Shown here piece after piece: positions 1-15,420 of a DNA stretch of 64,000 nt (positions within the stretch are counted from its first letter, which is position 1; every line of letters starts with the position of its first letter). The stretch lies in assembly GCF_009914755.1 (NCBI RefSeq), contig NC_060926.1; one strand, given 5' to 3'. Source of the stretch: the human T2T-CHM13v2.0 reference genome, Homo sapiens. The translations under genes were made by a program, and so were the position numbers. The notes beneath the pieces are model-generated. The model saw nothing but the letters and a program-made list of their open reading frames with translations, ran no database searches and was not told the DNA's origin.

Positions 1-1074
1 TGCTTCATCCACACTCCCTTTTCCTTTAATTCCCCATAGGCTTTATAAAGCCAGCCCAGCTTCCTGAAGCTTGACTTCCTCATTAATGGATGTGCAGCTA
101 ATGGAGTGCTGCCTGCAGCTTGTGCCCAAAGGTCACCAAGCAGCTTCCTTCCCTCCCCTATTCCAGAAAGCTGTGCAGTCTCTTCAGGAGGCTCCCGGGT
201 CCCAGACTCCCGCCTGGAAAAGGACAGGGAGGCTGAGAACACGGGCCCTTGTCACTGAGGGCCAACCTCCCAGCCTCTAGGGCTGCAATGGGACAGGTTT
301 TTCTCTACAACCTGGCTCCTATCACAAGAAAAGCTGCCGTTTCCTCCAAATGGAAACAACAGCCAATGAAGCCATTGGTGCTTCGGTTTTTTGCTTCTAT
401 CTCTTTAAAGAATTCACAAACCCATCCATCAAAAACTGAGGATGAGAGTAGAGACTGGCACAGTCTGGGGAGACAATTTGGCATTATTTCTCAAACCTTA
501 ACAGTGTTGCTATCCTCTGATCCAGTAATTGCACTTCTGGGAATCTATCCAAAAGAAATCATCAGAGGCAAACAAAGATTAACACATAAATATGTTCCAT
601 GGTGTTCTTATGTCCAAAGCTGAAAATGATATAAACATCCAACAATGAAGAAAGAATTGGCTATAAAACATTAAAAGGTCACTAAAATCTCATCTTAGGA
701 CTCTTGTGGGCAATAAAGTATTAATATATTAATGTTAAGTGGAAATGCAAGATACACAGTAACTTCAATCATAAACTTTTTGTATTCAAAAAGTCTTAAG
801 GACCCCTCCAAAATGTATCTCCAGGTAATGGAATTATGAGTAATTTTTATTTTCTTCTTTATCCTTTCCTTTTCTTCCCCATCCTATTGACCACAGTAGC
901 ATTTGACCCTTCATCCATGACAGATCCTTTGTACTGTCATGATACAAAGATGAGTGGGACAGTCCTGCATCTCACTGAGTTCAAGTGTAGCTACGGTCCA
1001 CTCGAGCAGATCATCACACCCATAATGAATGCTCTGAAGGCTGAAGCTGAATTGCTTTTTAAAAAAATATTTTT

Positions 1075-1686
<612 letters not shown>

Positions 1687-3527
1687 AAGGCTGGACTTCC
1701 AAATCAGCAACTTCTAAGGGCAGGAGATGTTCCAGCAGATCTTGAAAGGTGAGCAGGGATTTGGTAGGTTCTGGAAGAAGGTAGGGTAGGGGAGGCATTT
1801 CAGGAGGGGAGAACAGCATGAATAAACCCCAGAAACATGAGAGAGCATGGTGGGTTTGCAGCTACAAATGGCTCAGTGCAGCTGGGTCAGGCAGAAGCTA
1901 GGCTGAGGGGAGCAATCACCCCCAGAGCACATCTGACAGCATCCATCCAAAGGGTGAGAAGAGGAGGAAAAACTGAAGAGGAAGGTGGCTAGGCTGGTGA
2001 CTGAAAATATGAAGCCGACCTACTAGCACAGGGTGCGACACTTGGTAGATATGTAGTAAATAGGAATGATTGAATGAATGTACGAGTGGTGAAGGTACAG
2101 CACAGAGGTTACAAAAGCAGTTTACAACCCAGGCTGTGAAGGGAACCAGAGAGTTGAAGATCCCCTCTAAGGAAGGTGGGTGAAGAGCCATTCGCACAGG
2201 TGCTCTTATGGTCTCCCAGGACTCATCAATATTCCAGCAAAACAAAGGAACAATTTCTGTAAAACCATTAGCAACCAAGCCCTCGATTTCACAGTGAAGA
2301 AAGATGAATGTATCCAAATTTGTCACAGCAGTAACTAGATAAAAGATGAGTCTACTCTGGATAAGGGGAAAGACTACGGATGCCACCACAATTCCCTTCC
2401 TTCAGGTTCAGCTGCCCGAACTCTGTTGTTTTATTTCCAATCGCAGACTCTCAGGGTGGGAGGGGGACTTTAAAGCTTATCTACCTACCCCCTAAAAGAA
2501 AAAAGCAATGCTTCAATCCTTTGCATCCACAAGCTCCTCCCTTCTAATTTTCATTTAGCAGACACAAACCCGCATTCCCCTCCCAAAGCCGCTATCATTG
2601 CTGGAGTGCTTGTTAAGAAGTTAAGCAAACAAAGACCATCTCCCTGTTCCAGCTTACATCAAGGATGAAAACAATGCCCCTGAAACACAACCTGTTTGGC
2701 ATAGCTATGCTGCCCAATCCCTCTGTTATAAAGACCACCCACCTTCACCCCCACCCCTGGGCACCCACCACAGGACTCTGTCTCCAGCTAGAGGTGATGT
2801 GACCAAAGTTGGGCCCAAAATGCTCTCAGATTTTTTTCCCCAGGAATATAGAATCATGGCTGAGATGTCTGCAGGTTACTTAAAACAAAGACTGTAAACT
2901 TAAGCAGCTATGGGGTGGCCACATCTGGCCAAATGCTCACCAGAAGAGAGACGGATGTCTCCAGAGAGAAGATTGAAACAGACAGAAGCAGAGACACTTC
3001 ATGCTAAGACAGACAGGCAGACAGGCTCTATGGGCAAAGTCAAGTCTTCATTTTTTTTTTTTAAGCTTACCATTGGTACCTAGACGAGGTACCTTGTTAG
3101 ATGTTCAACAGATATACAGATATTGGTTAAATGAATTAAAAGGGGGAAAGGAGAGAGAGACAGACAGACACAGAAGCTGTGTGGGTTCTGCGCCCTCATG
3201 AGGCCCAGATGGTCCCTCTAGTCTTAACAGTCCAGGAGCTGGGCCAGTATCCTTCCCATAAATGTCCTCGCTTGCTCAAGCTGGTGTGAAGCAGGCTTCT
3301 GTTACTTGCATCCAAAGGAATCTCCCTGAGACATCCCCAAGTTTGGCCCCAGCCCTCTGCCTTTCTGTGTACCCGTTTCCTCCCTCAGGGCAAGCCCCTG
3401 CACTCTGGTCTGCACCAGCTGAGCAAGCTCAGCATCCACATCAGCCCAGCTGCTCTCCTGTCTCTAACAGCCTGTGGGAGATTTCCTCTTGGATCACATA
3501 TCCTTGCCTTAAGCCAATTTCCCTATT

Positions 3528-3665
3528 CCAGGAGCTCTCAAACTTGAGAGGCATGAAAATCACCAGGTGGGCTTGTTAAAACACAGATTGCCAGGCCCAC
3601 CCCCAAAATGTCTGATTCAGCAGGTCTGAGGTGGGGCCTGAACATCTGCCCTTCTACCAAGTGCC
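3528..3665. mobile_element. MER5A-like hAT-Charlie fragment
   Basis: ttgttaaaacacagattg...tctgattcagcaggtctgaggtggggcctga motif. Confidence 0.7.
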
Positions 3666-4944
3666 CCTGGTCCCCCACTGAAGACCCCTGCCCTCTGTAC
3701 CACCATCTGCCACTCAGATTTGCCTCTTCCTTCCCTCCCTTGGCACCTGCAGCCAGCAGGCTCCAGGCTTTGGACTTTTCCTCTGTAGGAACTTTTCTCC
3801 TCAGCCCTTCCTTATTACTCTCACAACTCCAGCCCTCCTCATTGCATGCCCGGAGGACTCGAGAAACTTCTAACCAGCTTTCCTCCCATTTTGGCTCACC
3901 TAGCGCCTCACTGCCAGATTCCTCTGCCTGAGGTACAGTTCTCCTCGGGCCACTCGCCTGCTCGTAACCTTTGGCTATTACGAAAAAGGCTGCTAAGAAT
4001 ATTGGAGTAAAGTCTTATGTGGACATATGTTTTCATTTTGCTATGAAAGAGGATAAGTATATATTTAACCTAATTTTAAAACTGCCAAACTTTTTTTTAA
4101 GTGGCTGTACCATTTCATTCCCTCCCTCCCCATCACCTTTGAATGACACCATATGGACTATTAAATTTTTTCCAGATTCCGGGGCTTGACTTTCCAACAT
4201 CTTGCAATCCAGCCCATACCTGCTGATCCAGCCAAAACCAACATACCACATAAATTCTAACCCAGTCTTCAGTATGTTCATGCTGTGTCCTCATTCTCTC
4301 TTAACCCTTCTGAAATCCCAAATCAGGTCTCTCTTCTGTGAGACCTTCTCCACCACCCTAGCCTAAAAACACAAAGGCTCCTCTTCCCAAAACACAGAAT
4401 ACACAAAAATATTTGAGTCAAGATAATCTAGCTCTCCATCCCACCCTTTGCTTGAAAAAGTATGATAATAATAAAATACTCCCAGTTTGCTCAAACTGTT
4501 ACCTAGTCTTTACTCATCCATCAGAAAAAAACACAAAGACAATGGAAGGATTTTATGTAAAACTATCTACAGTACTGCAATAAGCAACATTTTTCCAGAG
4601 GCTGGGGACAAGCAGTTACTGTAACCTTATCAAATGAAAGAACAAAATGCATTTCCCTGTCCTCTGATGAGCGTTATCTGATCTACAAATTGGTGTTTGG
4701 TAGTAGTTCTCCTAACAGATCTCAAAGACCCTAATAGAACACATGTATTTACTCTTACACATTACTTATTCAGAGGCCAGGGCAGAGATTCTTACAGGCC
4801 TCACACTGCTGGTCCCCATGGTAGGGGGAATAAATCAGTACTCTGTGTGAAAAGCAACATGATGGCATGTACCAAAAGTCCTTTGATAGTTTCCTGTTGG
4901 GAGCCAAAAGAAAAAAAAAAAAACCCTTTTGAAAAGCCACACCT

Positions 4945-5238
<294 letters not shown>

Positions 5239-5502
5239 AGTCACACCTATTTATCCATGTTCTACTTTATGGAATCTAGCATAAGGAAAAGACCCCAAAA
5301 AACAAATGAGTAGACCATACCATTACCTATAGTCACACACACAAAATCAGAAACAACCTAAATGTCTAACAAATAGAGGCATGGCTCTTACATTTCCTTT
5401 ATTTATTTATTGTCCATTCGTGCCCAAAAGGATTTATGATACACTTAAGTAAATTGTGTTCAACTTACTAGAATGGATACAGCCATTAAGAATGATATTT
5501 AG

Positions 5503-5779
5503 GGCTGGGTGCAGTGGCTCATGCCTCTAATCCCAATACTTTGGGAGGCCAAGACAGGAGGATCACTTGAGCCCAAACGTTTGAGACCCGCCTGGGCAAG
5601 AGTGAGACCCTGTCTCTACAAAAAATGTAAAAATCAGCTGGGCGTGGTGGCACATGTCTGTAGTCCCAGCTTTGCAGGAGGTTGAGGCTGCCATGAGCCG
5701 TGATGGCGCCACTGCACTCCAGGTCTGGGCTACAGAGCAAGACTCCGTCTCAAAAAAAAAAAGACAAGAAAAGAAAAAA
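5503..5779 (+). mobile_element. AluJ-like element with right-arm deletion
   Basis: Alu motifs, about 30 nt missing after gtagtcccagct. Confidence 0.9.
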
Positions 5780-6364
5780 ATGCTATTTACAAAATGTTTG
5801 AAACAGAAGACTTTCTATTACGTTACCAAGAGAAGTGAAATACAAAATTCTTAATATGTATAATTACAATAATATATTTTTACAAATTAAGTTGACAAAT
5901 AGAAAACTAGAAGAAAGATTCTCTACAATGTTATTGGCAGTTGTGGTAGGATGATGGAAAGAGTGATAACATTTCCTTTCCATATAAATATTTTCCAATT
6001 AATTGGCTCATTTAAAAAACATGTCTTAAAATAAATATAGAAACTAAACAGGGGTTGTCAGGCATTCCCTATCATACAGCTCAGAGAAAATCACCTGTCC
6101 TTGAGATATAAATATGGGTCAGATCACTAGAACAAAAGGAAGATAAATGCAAAGAACTCACGGAGGCATGGGAAGATCCTGGCCATCAGCCAGTGCACAC
6201 TGCTAAGAATCTGTTAGATGCAAGATCCAAAGGCAATAATGCAAGTGGTAAAGGCTGAGCTATTCCATTTGACAGCATTACAGAAAAAAGGGTGCAAGCA
6301 TATTTGATGTGTGAATGGCACTTTTAATATGACAGAACACAGACCATGTTTTAAAAGGTTGATG

Positions 6365-6563
6365 CCCAGACTAGGCAACATGGTGAAACTCCATTTCTAC
6401 TAAAAATACAAAAAAAATTAGCTGGGCGTGGTAGTGCACGCCTGTAGTCCCAGCAGTCTCAGCTATTCAGGAGGCTGAGGTGGGACGATCGCTTGAGCAT
6501 GGGAGGCGAAGGTTGCAGTGAGCTGAGGTTGCACCACTGCACTCCAGCCTGGGCAACAGAGGG
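6365..6563 (+). mobile_element. Truncated Alu lacking 5' end and tail
   Basis: Linker and right arm only. Confidence 0.88.
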
Positions 6564-7087
6564 AGTGGTAGAGGAGTAACAACTAGGATTTCTCCTTGTG
6601 GTTTCAGAACCGCCCTGGGTCTGCTTCCCTAAGGAGCTTGCCGTGACAACTGGAAGGGCATGTACAGCAGGGAACTGGTCTGAAGAGCTGGAGTGAGGCT
6701 TGAGCGCTGTCACTCACCAGTGGACCCTGGGCAGTCACTCAGCCTCTCTGCTCTTCTGTTCCTCACTTGTAAAGTGGGAAGTGTCTTGGTAGAGGTTCTT
6801 TTGGTTATAAGTAACAGAAATGGACTCAAACTGGCATAAGCAGTAAAGAGAATTTGTGGGGAGGACACGGGTGCAGGGAGGGTTTAGCATACAAACCCCA
6901 AGGCAGCTGGGCCTTGTAACAGTCTAGAACTAGGGACTGGAGAGTCCTGGAAGGCCAGGCCATGTGTCTGCCACCTCGGCATTCTCCAGTGTCTCCATCA
7001 CTCCTCCTCCTCTGCTGACCCACCTCCCACACTGTCATGAATTTGTTTAATATAGGTGCTGCCTTGGCATCCACCTTTAGGCCTGAC

Positions 7088-7431
7088 ATGAGTTATCTGA
7101 AACACAGTAGCACTCTGTCACCTTTGGCCTAGTTAAAAATACCCCTCGCTGTGGGGGAATTACATTTCTCTCTCTCCAGCCCGCTCCTGTCACTCCCTGG
7201 GTGAGCTCCCTGCCACTTCCAAACTTCCCCTCGGCCTCCCGTCAGCACCCCTAACCTCTCTGGACCTGTAAGTAATAAATGTCTTCTCTTTCACACATTT
7301 TGGTTTCACCTCCTCACTGTATTTCACCTGACTGGCAGACCCAAACCTAACTTCCCCCTGGTCAAGGCTATCTTGGCTTACAGCCACTCTCAGGAGAGAC
7401 CTGAAGACCAACTTTGAAAGAAATCACAACA
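7088..7431 (+). mobile_element. ERVL-class solo LTR (MER54/MER73/MER74 group)
   Basis: TG...CA ends, AATAAA at ~7274, 3' end agaccaactttgaaagaaatcacaaca. Confidence 0.55.
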
Positions 7432-7529
7432 CACGTGCTCTTCATGTAAACTGCTCTTCAATCCACACGGCCAAACACGGCCTTCACACCTCTTGACTCT
7501 TACTCTTTACAGCTCCTGCCTCTTGAATT

Positions 7530-7885
7530 CGTCAGCTCAGGCTGCCATAACAAAAAACACTACAGACGGGATGGCTTAAACAACAGAAATCCATTTTCCC
7601 ACAGCACTGGAAGCTGGAGGTCTGTGATCGGGTGCCAGCATGGTCAGGTTCTGGTGAGGGCTCTCTTCCTAGCTTGCAGACAGCCAGCTTTTGGCTGTGT
7701 CCTCACATGGTGGGAAAAGAGAGGCAGGAAAGCTCTCTAGTGTCTCTTCCTCTAAGGATACTAATCCCATCATAAAAGCCCTACCCTCATGATCCCATCT
7801 AAACTTAACTATCTCCCAAAGGCCGCATCTCCAAATACCATCACATTGGGAATCAGAACTTCAAAATACGAATTTGGGGGGGCAA
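7530..7885 (-). mobile_element. MaLR LTR (MLT1A-like)
   Basis: gctgccataacaaa...ggcttaaacaacagaaat...ccaaataccatcacattggg. Confidence 0.85.
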
Positions 7886-8261
7886 TTGGCTGCCTCTGAA
7901 TCTAACGTCTGTGTTTCCAGGAGGGGGAAAATATAATTGGCTCAGCTTGGGTCAGGTGTCCATGTGTGATCCAACCAGCCATAGCCAAGTGGAGAGGGCA
8001 GGTCGTGCAGCACAAACAAGGCTGCCGGGGGCCTACCATGATCACCAAGCATGTCTGTACCTTGCCACCATAATGAAAAGCCACAGGGAATCAGGTCAAG
8101 AAGTAGTTACTTCCCGTTTTCCCCACAAAACTAAGCACTGGATAAGGGTCATGTCTGTCTTATTCAGCATCGCCTCCCCATGGTCCATCACAGAACTGGG
8201 CACATGCATGATGCTCAATGGCTCTGTTGTCCTTTTACAGACAAATGAGGCTGGACTTGCT

Positions 8262-8583
8262 CAGAGCATAATGATGTTTCAACAATGGACGGCACATACA
8301 ACAGTGGCCCCATAATTATAATACTGCATTTTTACTGTATGTCTTCTATGTTTAGATACACAAATACCACTGTGTTACAACTGCCTACAGTATTCAGTAT
8401 AGTAGCTTGCTGTGCAGGTTTGCAGCCTAGGAGCAATAGGCCATACCATGTAGCCTAGATGGGTAGCAGGCGGTACCACCTAGGTTTGTGTAAGTACACT
8501 CTATGATGTTCACACAATGAAAAAATCATCTAGTGACACAGTTCTCAGAACATACCCCTATTATTAAGCAATGCATAACTGTA
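8262..8583. mobile_element. Tigger3a-like DNA transposon
   Basis: taggtttgtgtaagtacactctatgatgttcacacaatg, terminal ...gcataactgta. Confidence 0.8.
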
Positions 8584-8727
8584 TATAGACATATCATCAC
8601 CTTCTAGGGGCCAGAGCATGCTTTCCACCCTAAAGATCAAGATTCTCCTTCAAGTCAACCTTCAACCTTTCTAATCTTTCCTAGATGAGGAAAATTATCC
8701 TCCATCATTACTTCTCTCTCCTCCCCT

Positions 8728-8775
8728 TTCTCTCTCTCTCTCTCTCTCTCTGTGTATGTGTGTGTGTGTATGTGT
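8728..8775. repeat. (TC)n(TG)n compound microsatellite
   Basis: read directly. Confidence 0.9.
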
Positions 8776-9366
8776 AGTAATAACAATGTACGGTGTATAG
8801 AGGATAAAAGGAAGCAAAAGACAGGCTGTGTGCCTTCAAAGGACTATGATATAAACTTAAGAGGCAAGACATAAACACTGGTGAAGTTAAAAGAAACAAA
8901 TCTATGAGTTAAGAAATACAAAAACACACATGATACCTCTGGACAGCTATGTAGGTCATTGTCCAATAATTGGTGCTAGCAGTGTGTGCTTTGAGGTGGC
9001 AGAACAAAGAATCTACTTCAGTCTAGAAGGGTCTAGGGAAGAAAAAGTAGATAGATACAGCTAAGGGAGGGAGGAGAGATGGCACTCTGGAGAGGGTAGT
9101 GATGATTCAAGCCAATTCACGGAAATCAGGAATAGTCATAGGAACTGAAGTTCCCCTAGGACTAAATTATGGGGTGACTGAACACCAATGCAAACTTCTA
9201 GATGGAATTATTAAAATAATTGTGAGCACTAGAAAGGAAAGAGAAAAATACCGGGAGCCTGCACCAGTCCTGCCAGGTTCTGCCCGCATGGTGCCAGGCT
9301 GCCCTTATTTCCTCCTGCAACAGGGGGGCCAGCAGGGGCCGATGGGTTTTTAAAGGTAGTGGACAC

Positions 9367-9811
9367 TGCATTAGTTTCCTAGGGCTGCAGTAACAAAGTA
9401 CCATAAATTTCCTAGCTTAAAACAACAGAAATTGTTTCTCTCATCATTCTGCAGTCTAGAAGTCTAAAATCAAAGTATCATGAGGGCCACGTTCCCTCTG
9501 GAGGATCTAGGGGAGGATTTTCCTTGCCTTTTCCTAGGTTCTCACAGCTGCTGTCAATCCCTGGAGTTCCTCGGCCTGGACGGGCATCACTCCAATCTGG
9601 CTCAATTGTCACACAGTATTCTGCATGTCTCAATCTGTGTCCAGATTTTCTTTTTATAAGGATACCAATCACTGGATTGGGACTAACCCTAATCCAGTAT
9701 GAACTCATCCCAACTTGATTACATTTGCAAAGACTCTATTTCCAAATAAGGTCACATTCTAAGGTTCCAGGTGGACATGAATTTTGGAGAGACATTATTC
9801 AACCCAATGTA
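9367..9811 (-). mobile_element. MaLR LTR (MLT1B/C-like)
   Basis: tgcattagtttcctagggctgc...tttccaaataaggtcacattct. Confidence 0.85.
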
Positions 9812-10582
9812 GACACTGAGTATCTGTCACCCCTATGTGCTGGCCTTAGAAGCTACCTGCCATGTAAGATCCCGTTCTACCATCCTGCACTGGCAGTGAC
9901 TTGATGCACAGCTATCACAGAGGTCACCAATGGAGGAGTCCCTGTGCTGGGACAAGACGGAACTAGATGACTTCTAAAATTCCTTCTGATTTGCACATGT
10001 GTGGTTCAAGTCCTGCCGATTGTTCCCATTCTACTGATTTGCCAATGCAGCCCTCTCTTCTCATTCTCACCGCCAAGACTCGGGTTCAGCCCTTGTTGCT
10101 TCCAACTTGACACAGACACACTGCTTTCACATCACTCCTCCTGACAAACCCTCACCAGCTCACCCCTGCCTGAAAGCAAAGTTCTGTATTTTGACCTCAA
10201 CATCTACCTTTACCACCTGAACTCCTAAGATGACACTAATTTTCAGGCCAGTCTGGTCCTTCAAGTGGCACAATCTCACCATCACACATAACTTCATACT
10301 GGCTGCAGAAGGGAATCCAAACTGTGTTTGGAAGACCATTTACTCCCCTTCCATGCACCCTCCCTGGACCAGCCAGTCCAGCCCACAGCACTTCTGCGTT
10401 TCAACGATTCTTCCTGCTTGCAGAAGCACTGGACCCTAATCTCATTGCCCTGCACTGTAAATGATCCATTCATGGAGATGGGGCTGCAGCAACACTTAGG
10501 CAAAGACAACACAAGAGCTGTAAAATCAGACAGATTTGAATTTGCTTCACGGCTCTAATATGTAATGTTTAAGAACTGAACA

Positions 10583-10830
10583 ACAGGAGTTTGAGGCTGC
10601 AGTGAGTGCTGATCATGCCACTGCACTCCAGCCTGGATGACAAAGTGAGACCCTGTCTCCAAAAAAAGAAAAAAGAGCTGGGCAAATTCCTTACCCTTTC
10701 TAAACCTCTGATTGCTTATCTGTAAAATGGAAATAATAGTACCTACCCCATGGGGCTACAGTCAGGGTTAAGAGAAATAATGTATGCAGACTTTCAATGC
10801 AACATCTGACATAAAGCATACTTGTAAATT
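10583..10830. mobile_element. Alu 3' fragment followed by MIR
   Basis: gaggctgcagtgag...polyA, then MIR core atctgtaaaatggaaataatagtacctacc. Confidence 0.75.
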
Positions 10831-11114
10831 ATGTGTCAACAAACATACTTATTTTTATTATGGTAAATGGATCTAAGTTTTGCCTTTAGGTCTGGGAATC
10901 AAGGCACAGATCCTGTGTTCCTCTGGCACCTAGCAGCACACTGCCAATGACTACTCAGAGTGACAGACATCAGTTCAGACGGGAACCCCAGAGAGCATTT
11001 AGCTACCATCCTTCTTCTTCTGCTTTTTTTTTCTTTTTTAGTGTGAACAGCCAATTTTGCTTAAAATTCTGGGACACAGAGCAAGTTTATATCACAGAAA
11101 AGCAAATGGATTAA

Positions 11115-11378
<264 letters not shown>

Positions 11379-12696
11379 GATCCTTTTAAAATGTCTTTCT
11401 GCTAGGTTGTTGGGCCATCACCTCTCCTTTGTTTCCTTCTCCTCTCCCAGCTTCTCTGGATTCCATCTGTTTCTTATACTGAGAAGTTTGCTACCTAGCT
11501 AGCCCTCAACCTCTTTGTTTTATGAATGGAAAGGCTGGGACCCAGACAGGGCAAGTGACTCACCCAGTGTCACAGAGCTGTTAAATGGCAGAGCCATGAT
11601 TGAATCGGGCCATGACTACTTTCCTACATGACATATTGAAACCAGTTTGAGCCTCGGTTTCCTCTCTGGCAAAACAGAGATACTAATGCCCACCTCCCCA
11701 GTTTGCTTTGAAAATACAGAATCAAGGGCCAGGCCAGTGATGGAAAAGACCAGGTGTGAGATGAGACATGGTCACCACCACAGCCTGCAGTAACTGGGCC
11801 AGGTGGGGCTAGGCAGATCAGGGAGCACAGGCCCTGGGAGCAGCCACCCCTCAGCTTGGCTGATGCTGCCCTGATGGAATCATCCTGCAGTGCCAGATCT
11901 TCTGACTCTTCAAGAGAAGCCCAAAATTTGAATTTTGGTGCCACATCTCTCTATTTAAGTAGATTCAAATTTAAAACACCACAAGCTAAACAAGCAACAT
12001 GCAGGCTGATTTCAGCCAGGAGCCACCACGTTTGTGACTTTGTATCCAACCACAGATGTGAAGCCATTTGCAAACTGCCAAGTAGCAGACTAATGGGAAG
12101 AAAAGGCTGACCCACAGTGACTGGAATGATCTATCTACCCAGGAAGCTTCTGCAAATTCTCCCGGGAGCAGTGCTCCCACCTGAGTGACTTCACCAAGCC
12201 CCACAGTGCCTTACCTCCTGCCAGGAAGGCCACAACCACAGCTGATCTCATCCTGCTGCCAGCCCAGTGGCAGCAGCTTGGATGCCTGGCTGTCAGCTGA
12301 GAAATTTGCCCATGCCCTATAGGGAAACCACCTCCCCACCTGGAGTCTCATTAAACTGGATGAGTTGCCTCCAGGAACATGCTGAGCCTCAGTCTCACCC
12401 TGGAAGGCACTGCAGGGCTGGGCTGGCTCAGACTGACCTCAGAGTTTGGATCCCAGCCTCTCTTGAGCTAAGGCAGGCCCAGGTGGGGTGAGCAGGCTGG
12501 CTGGGGTGAGCCAGCTAGGACAGGAGGCCTAGCGACAGGGCTAGACTGTTACAAAAGAAGATGGAAAAGAGCCTCTCCAGCCACTCCTTAAAGGTACTCT
12601 CTTAGGTCTGGGCAGGTAGAAGCCACAGGAACGGACCAGCCAATTCTGCACTCCTCACCTCCTCTTCTTCCCCAGTGTGCTTTTGGGGAGGCAGTT

Positions 12697-13017
12697 TTTT
12701 CTTTTTTTTTTGAAACAGGATCTTGCTCTGTTGCCCAGGCCGGAGTGCAGTGGCGCGATCTTGGCTCAGGAGGCTGAGGTGGGAGGATTGATTGAGCCCA
12801 ACAAGCAGATGCTCAATCAATCTTCCCACCTCAGCCTGCTGAGTAGCTGGGACTACAGGCATGCGCCACCATACCCAGCTAATTTTTCTATTTTTTCTAG
12901 AGATGAGGTCTCACTGTGTTGCCCAGCCTGGTCTCAAACTCCTGAACTCAAGCTATCCACTCACCTCCGTCTCCCGAAGTGCTAGGATTATAGGCATGAG
13001 CCACTGTGCCCGACCTG
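12697..13017 (-). mobile_element. AluJ-like element with internal inverted duplication
   Basis: Alu motifs; 12765-12797 is the reverse complement of 12811-12843. Confidence 0.92.
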
Positions 13018-14278
13018 GAGGCAGTTCTTAAGGCTCTGGCCTCTTTCCTCCTTGGTCTCCTGTCCTCATGAGCTCTTCACCATAAACATCAAAGACCCTG
13101 CAGGGCCCTTGAGACCCTGGAGGGTCTAAGAGGGTGTATCTAGCTCAGAGTAGCCGGGACTCTTAGAGACGTAGAAGATGGGATGGTATGAACAATCAGG
13201 GAAGCTGCCTGCCAGGAGGGTGAGCCCCTCCCTGCTCCAAGGACCCTGGGAAGCACAGTCCCGTAGCCAAGGTCACTCAGCTCAGCAAGGGCTGAGTGAC
13301 ACCCCCAAGTCACATCCAGTCCGGGGCCAGATAGTGTTGCTGGCACTATGGTGCTCTCGTTTGTCTGGCTCCAGCCCCTGGCTTGCTGGGTAACCTGCAC
13401 AGCCTGCCTAGCTCCAGCTTACAATTTTATCATCTGGGGAAGAGACAAGTAATGTCCACCTGTACGACTGCTGCATTAATTAAATTATTAGAGCCTTACA
13501 TGAGAAATGCTGTGAGGCAAAACTCCAGTTGTTTCCCTCAGTGGTGACCCACATCTGGCTCACAGTGCCAGCTCACTCAAGACCAGATGATAGAGTGCAC
13601 CTGCTGAGTGAATAAAGAACGGCATGGCACAACAGCTGCTGCACAGGGGGTACTCAGTAAAGTGTTTTATACCCTCATGGATACCAAAACTCTTTGGTGG
13701 ATGTTGGTGGTTTTGGATAGCCCACAGGTCCAGTTGGCTTTAGTATTGGTAAGAGGACCCAGATGCTCTCTGGGTCACCATCCCAGTGCCATGTGCTTGG
13801 ACAACTGATCTTATTCCCAGATCCAGGGTGGGTCCTGGCTGGTTTCAGTCAAACACATCCCATGCCCATGCCATAGGGAGTGGCTCAATGACAAGTATGT
13901 GACCAAAATCAGGAGAGCTAAAGGCTTGCTAGGGACTTCAGAGGAAAAGCTTCCTTGTCTCCCATAGGAGATGCTCTCTCTCTGGGAGAGATGCCTTCTT
14001 TCTGCTGGACACACAAGAGGGCTTCAAGGCTCCTAGAAGCCGCCAGCAGCCAGGGGAGCCAGGCTTAATCTGAAACAGGCACCAACCAAAGAGTACAGAC
14101 GAGACACCAGAAAACCTGATGCTCTGGTGACAATCTTGAGCTGCCAGATCAAGCCTCACTTGAAATCAGCACCATTCTAGACTTTTAAGATGTGTGAGCC
14201 AGCCTCAGTTGTATTACTTTTTCTAAAACCAAAAGAATTTTAACTGATATACCTGCAAACCTAAAAAATAATCTAAAG

Positions 14279-14900
<622 letters not shown>

Positions 14901-15420
14901 ATCAAAAGGAGACCATGGTTTCGGGCAGTATCAGACAAGATACCCTGACTTACTGTCCCACTGAAAACAGTAAAAAATTCTGGATTCAAAGAAATTGTAA
15001 ATCTTTTACCAAGTGGTTGAGTTTGCCATCACCAATTGTGAGACAGTCTGACACTCTGACCTCCTGACAGGAGGCGGTCGAGGGTGCACCTCCTCATCAA
15101 TGTGGTGGTGTTGCCACAATTGTCAGACCTGGGTCTAATCATTAGGATGAGTCCGACACATGCAGAACACTCTCCACACAGCCGACCCGGACTCTTCAAT
15201 AAATCGGGGCAACTGTTCTAGGTTGGTCAAAAGACATAACAGCCAAATTCAGTGTGTGAACTCTAATTGCATCCAAATAGAAACAGGAAAAAAAAACACC
15301 AATAAAGGATTTTTTTTGACAAATTTGGGTTAATCTGAGTATGGACCTCATGCTGGATAAAGGTGTGGAATTAGAGTTGAATTTCTTAGGGTGGTAATGG
15401 TTTTTTACTGTACAGAACAG

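Noticed and set aside
1916-2389. 157-aa minus-strand ORF in intron 1
   Set aside because: Non-ATG start, overlaps degenerate L2-like sequence, no recognisable family or clear splice signals
12215-12316. Possible cryptic minus-strand exon (donor GAG|GTAAGG near 12214)
   Set aside because: The upstream acceptor has only a short pyrimidine tract, so support is too weak
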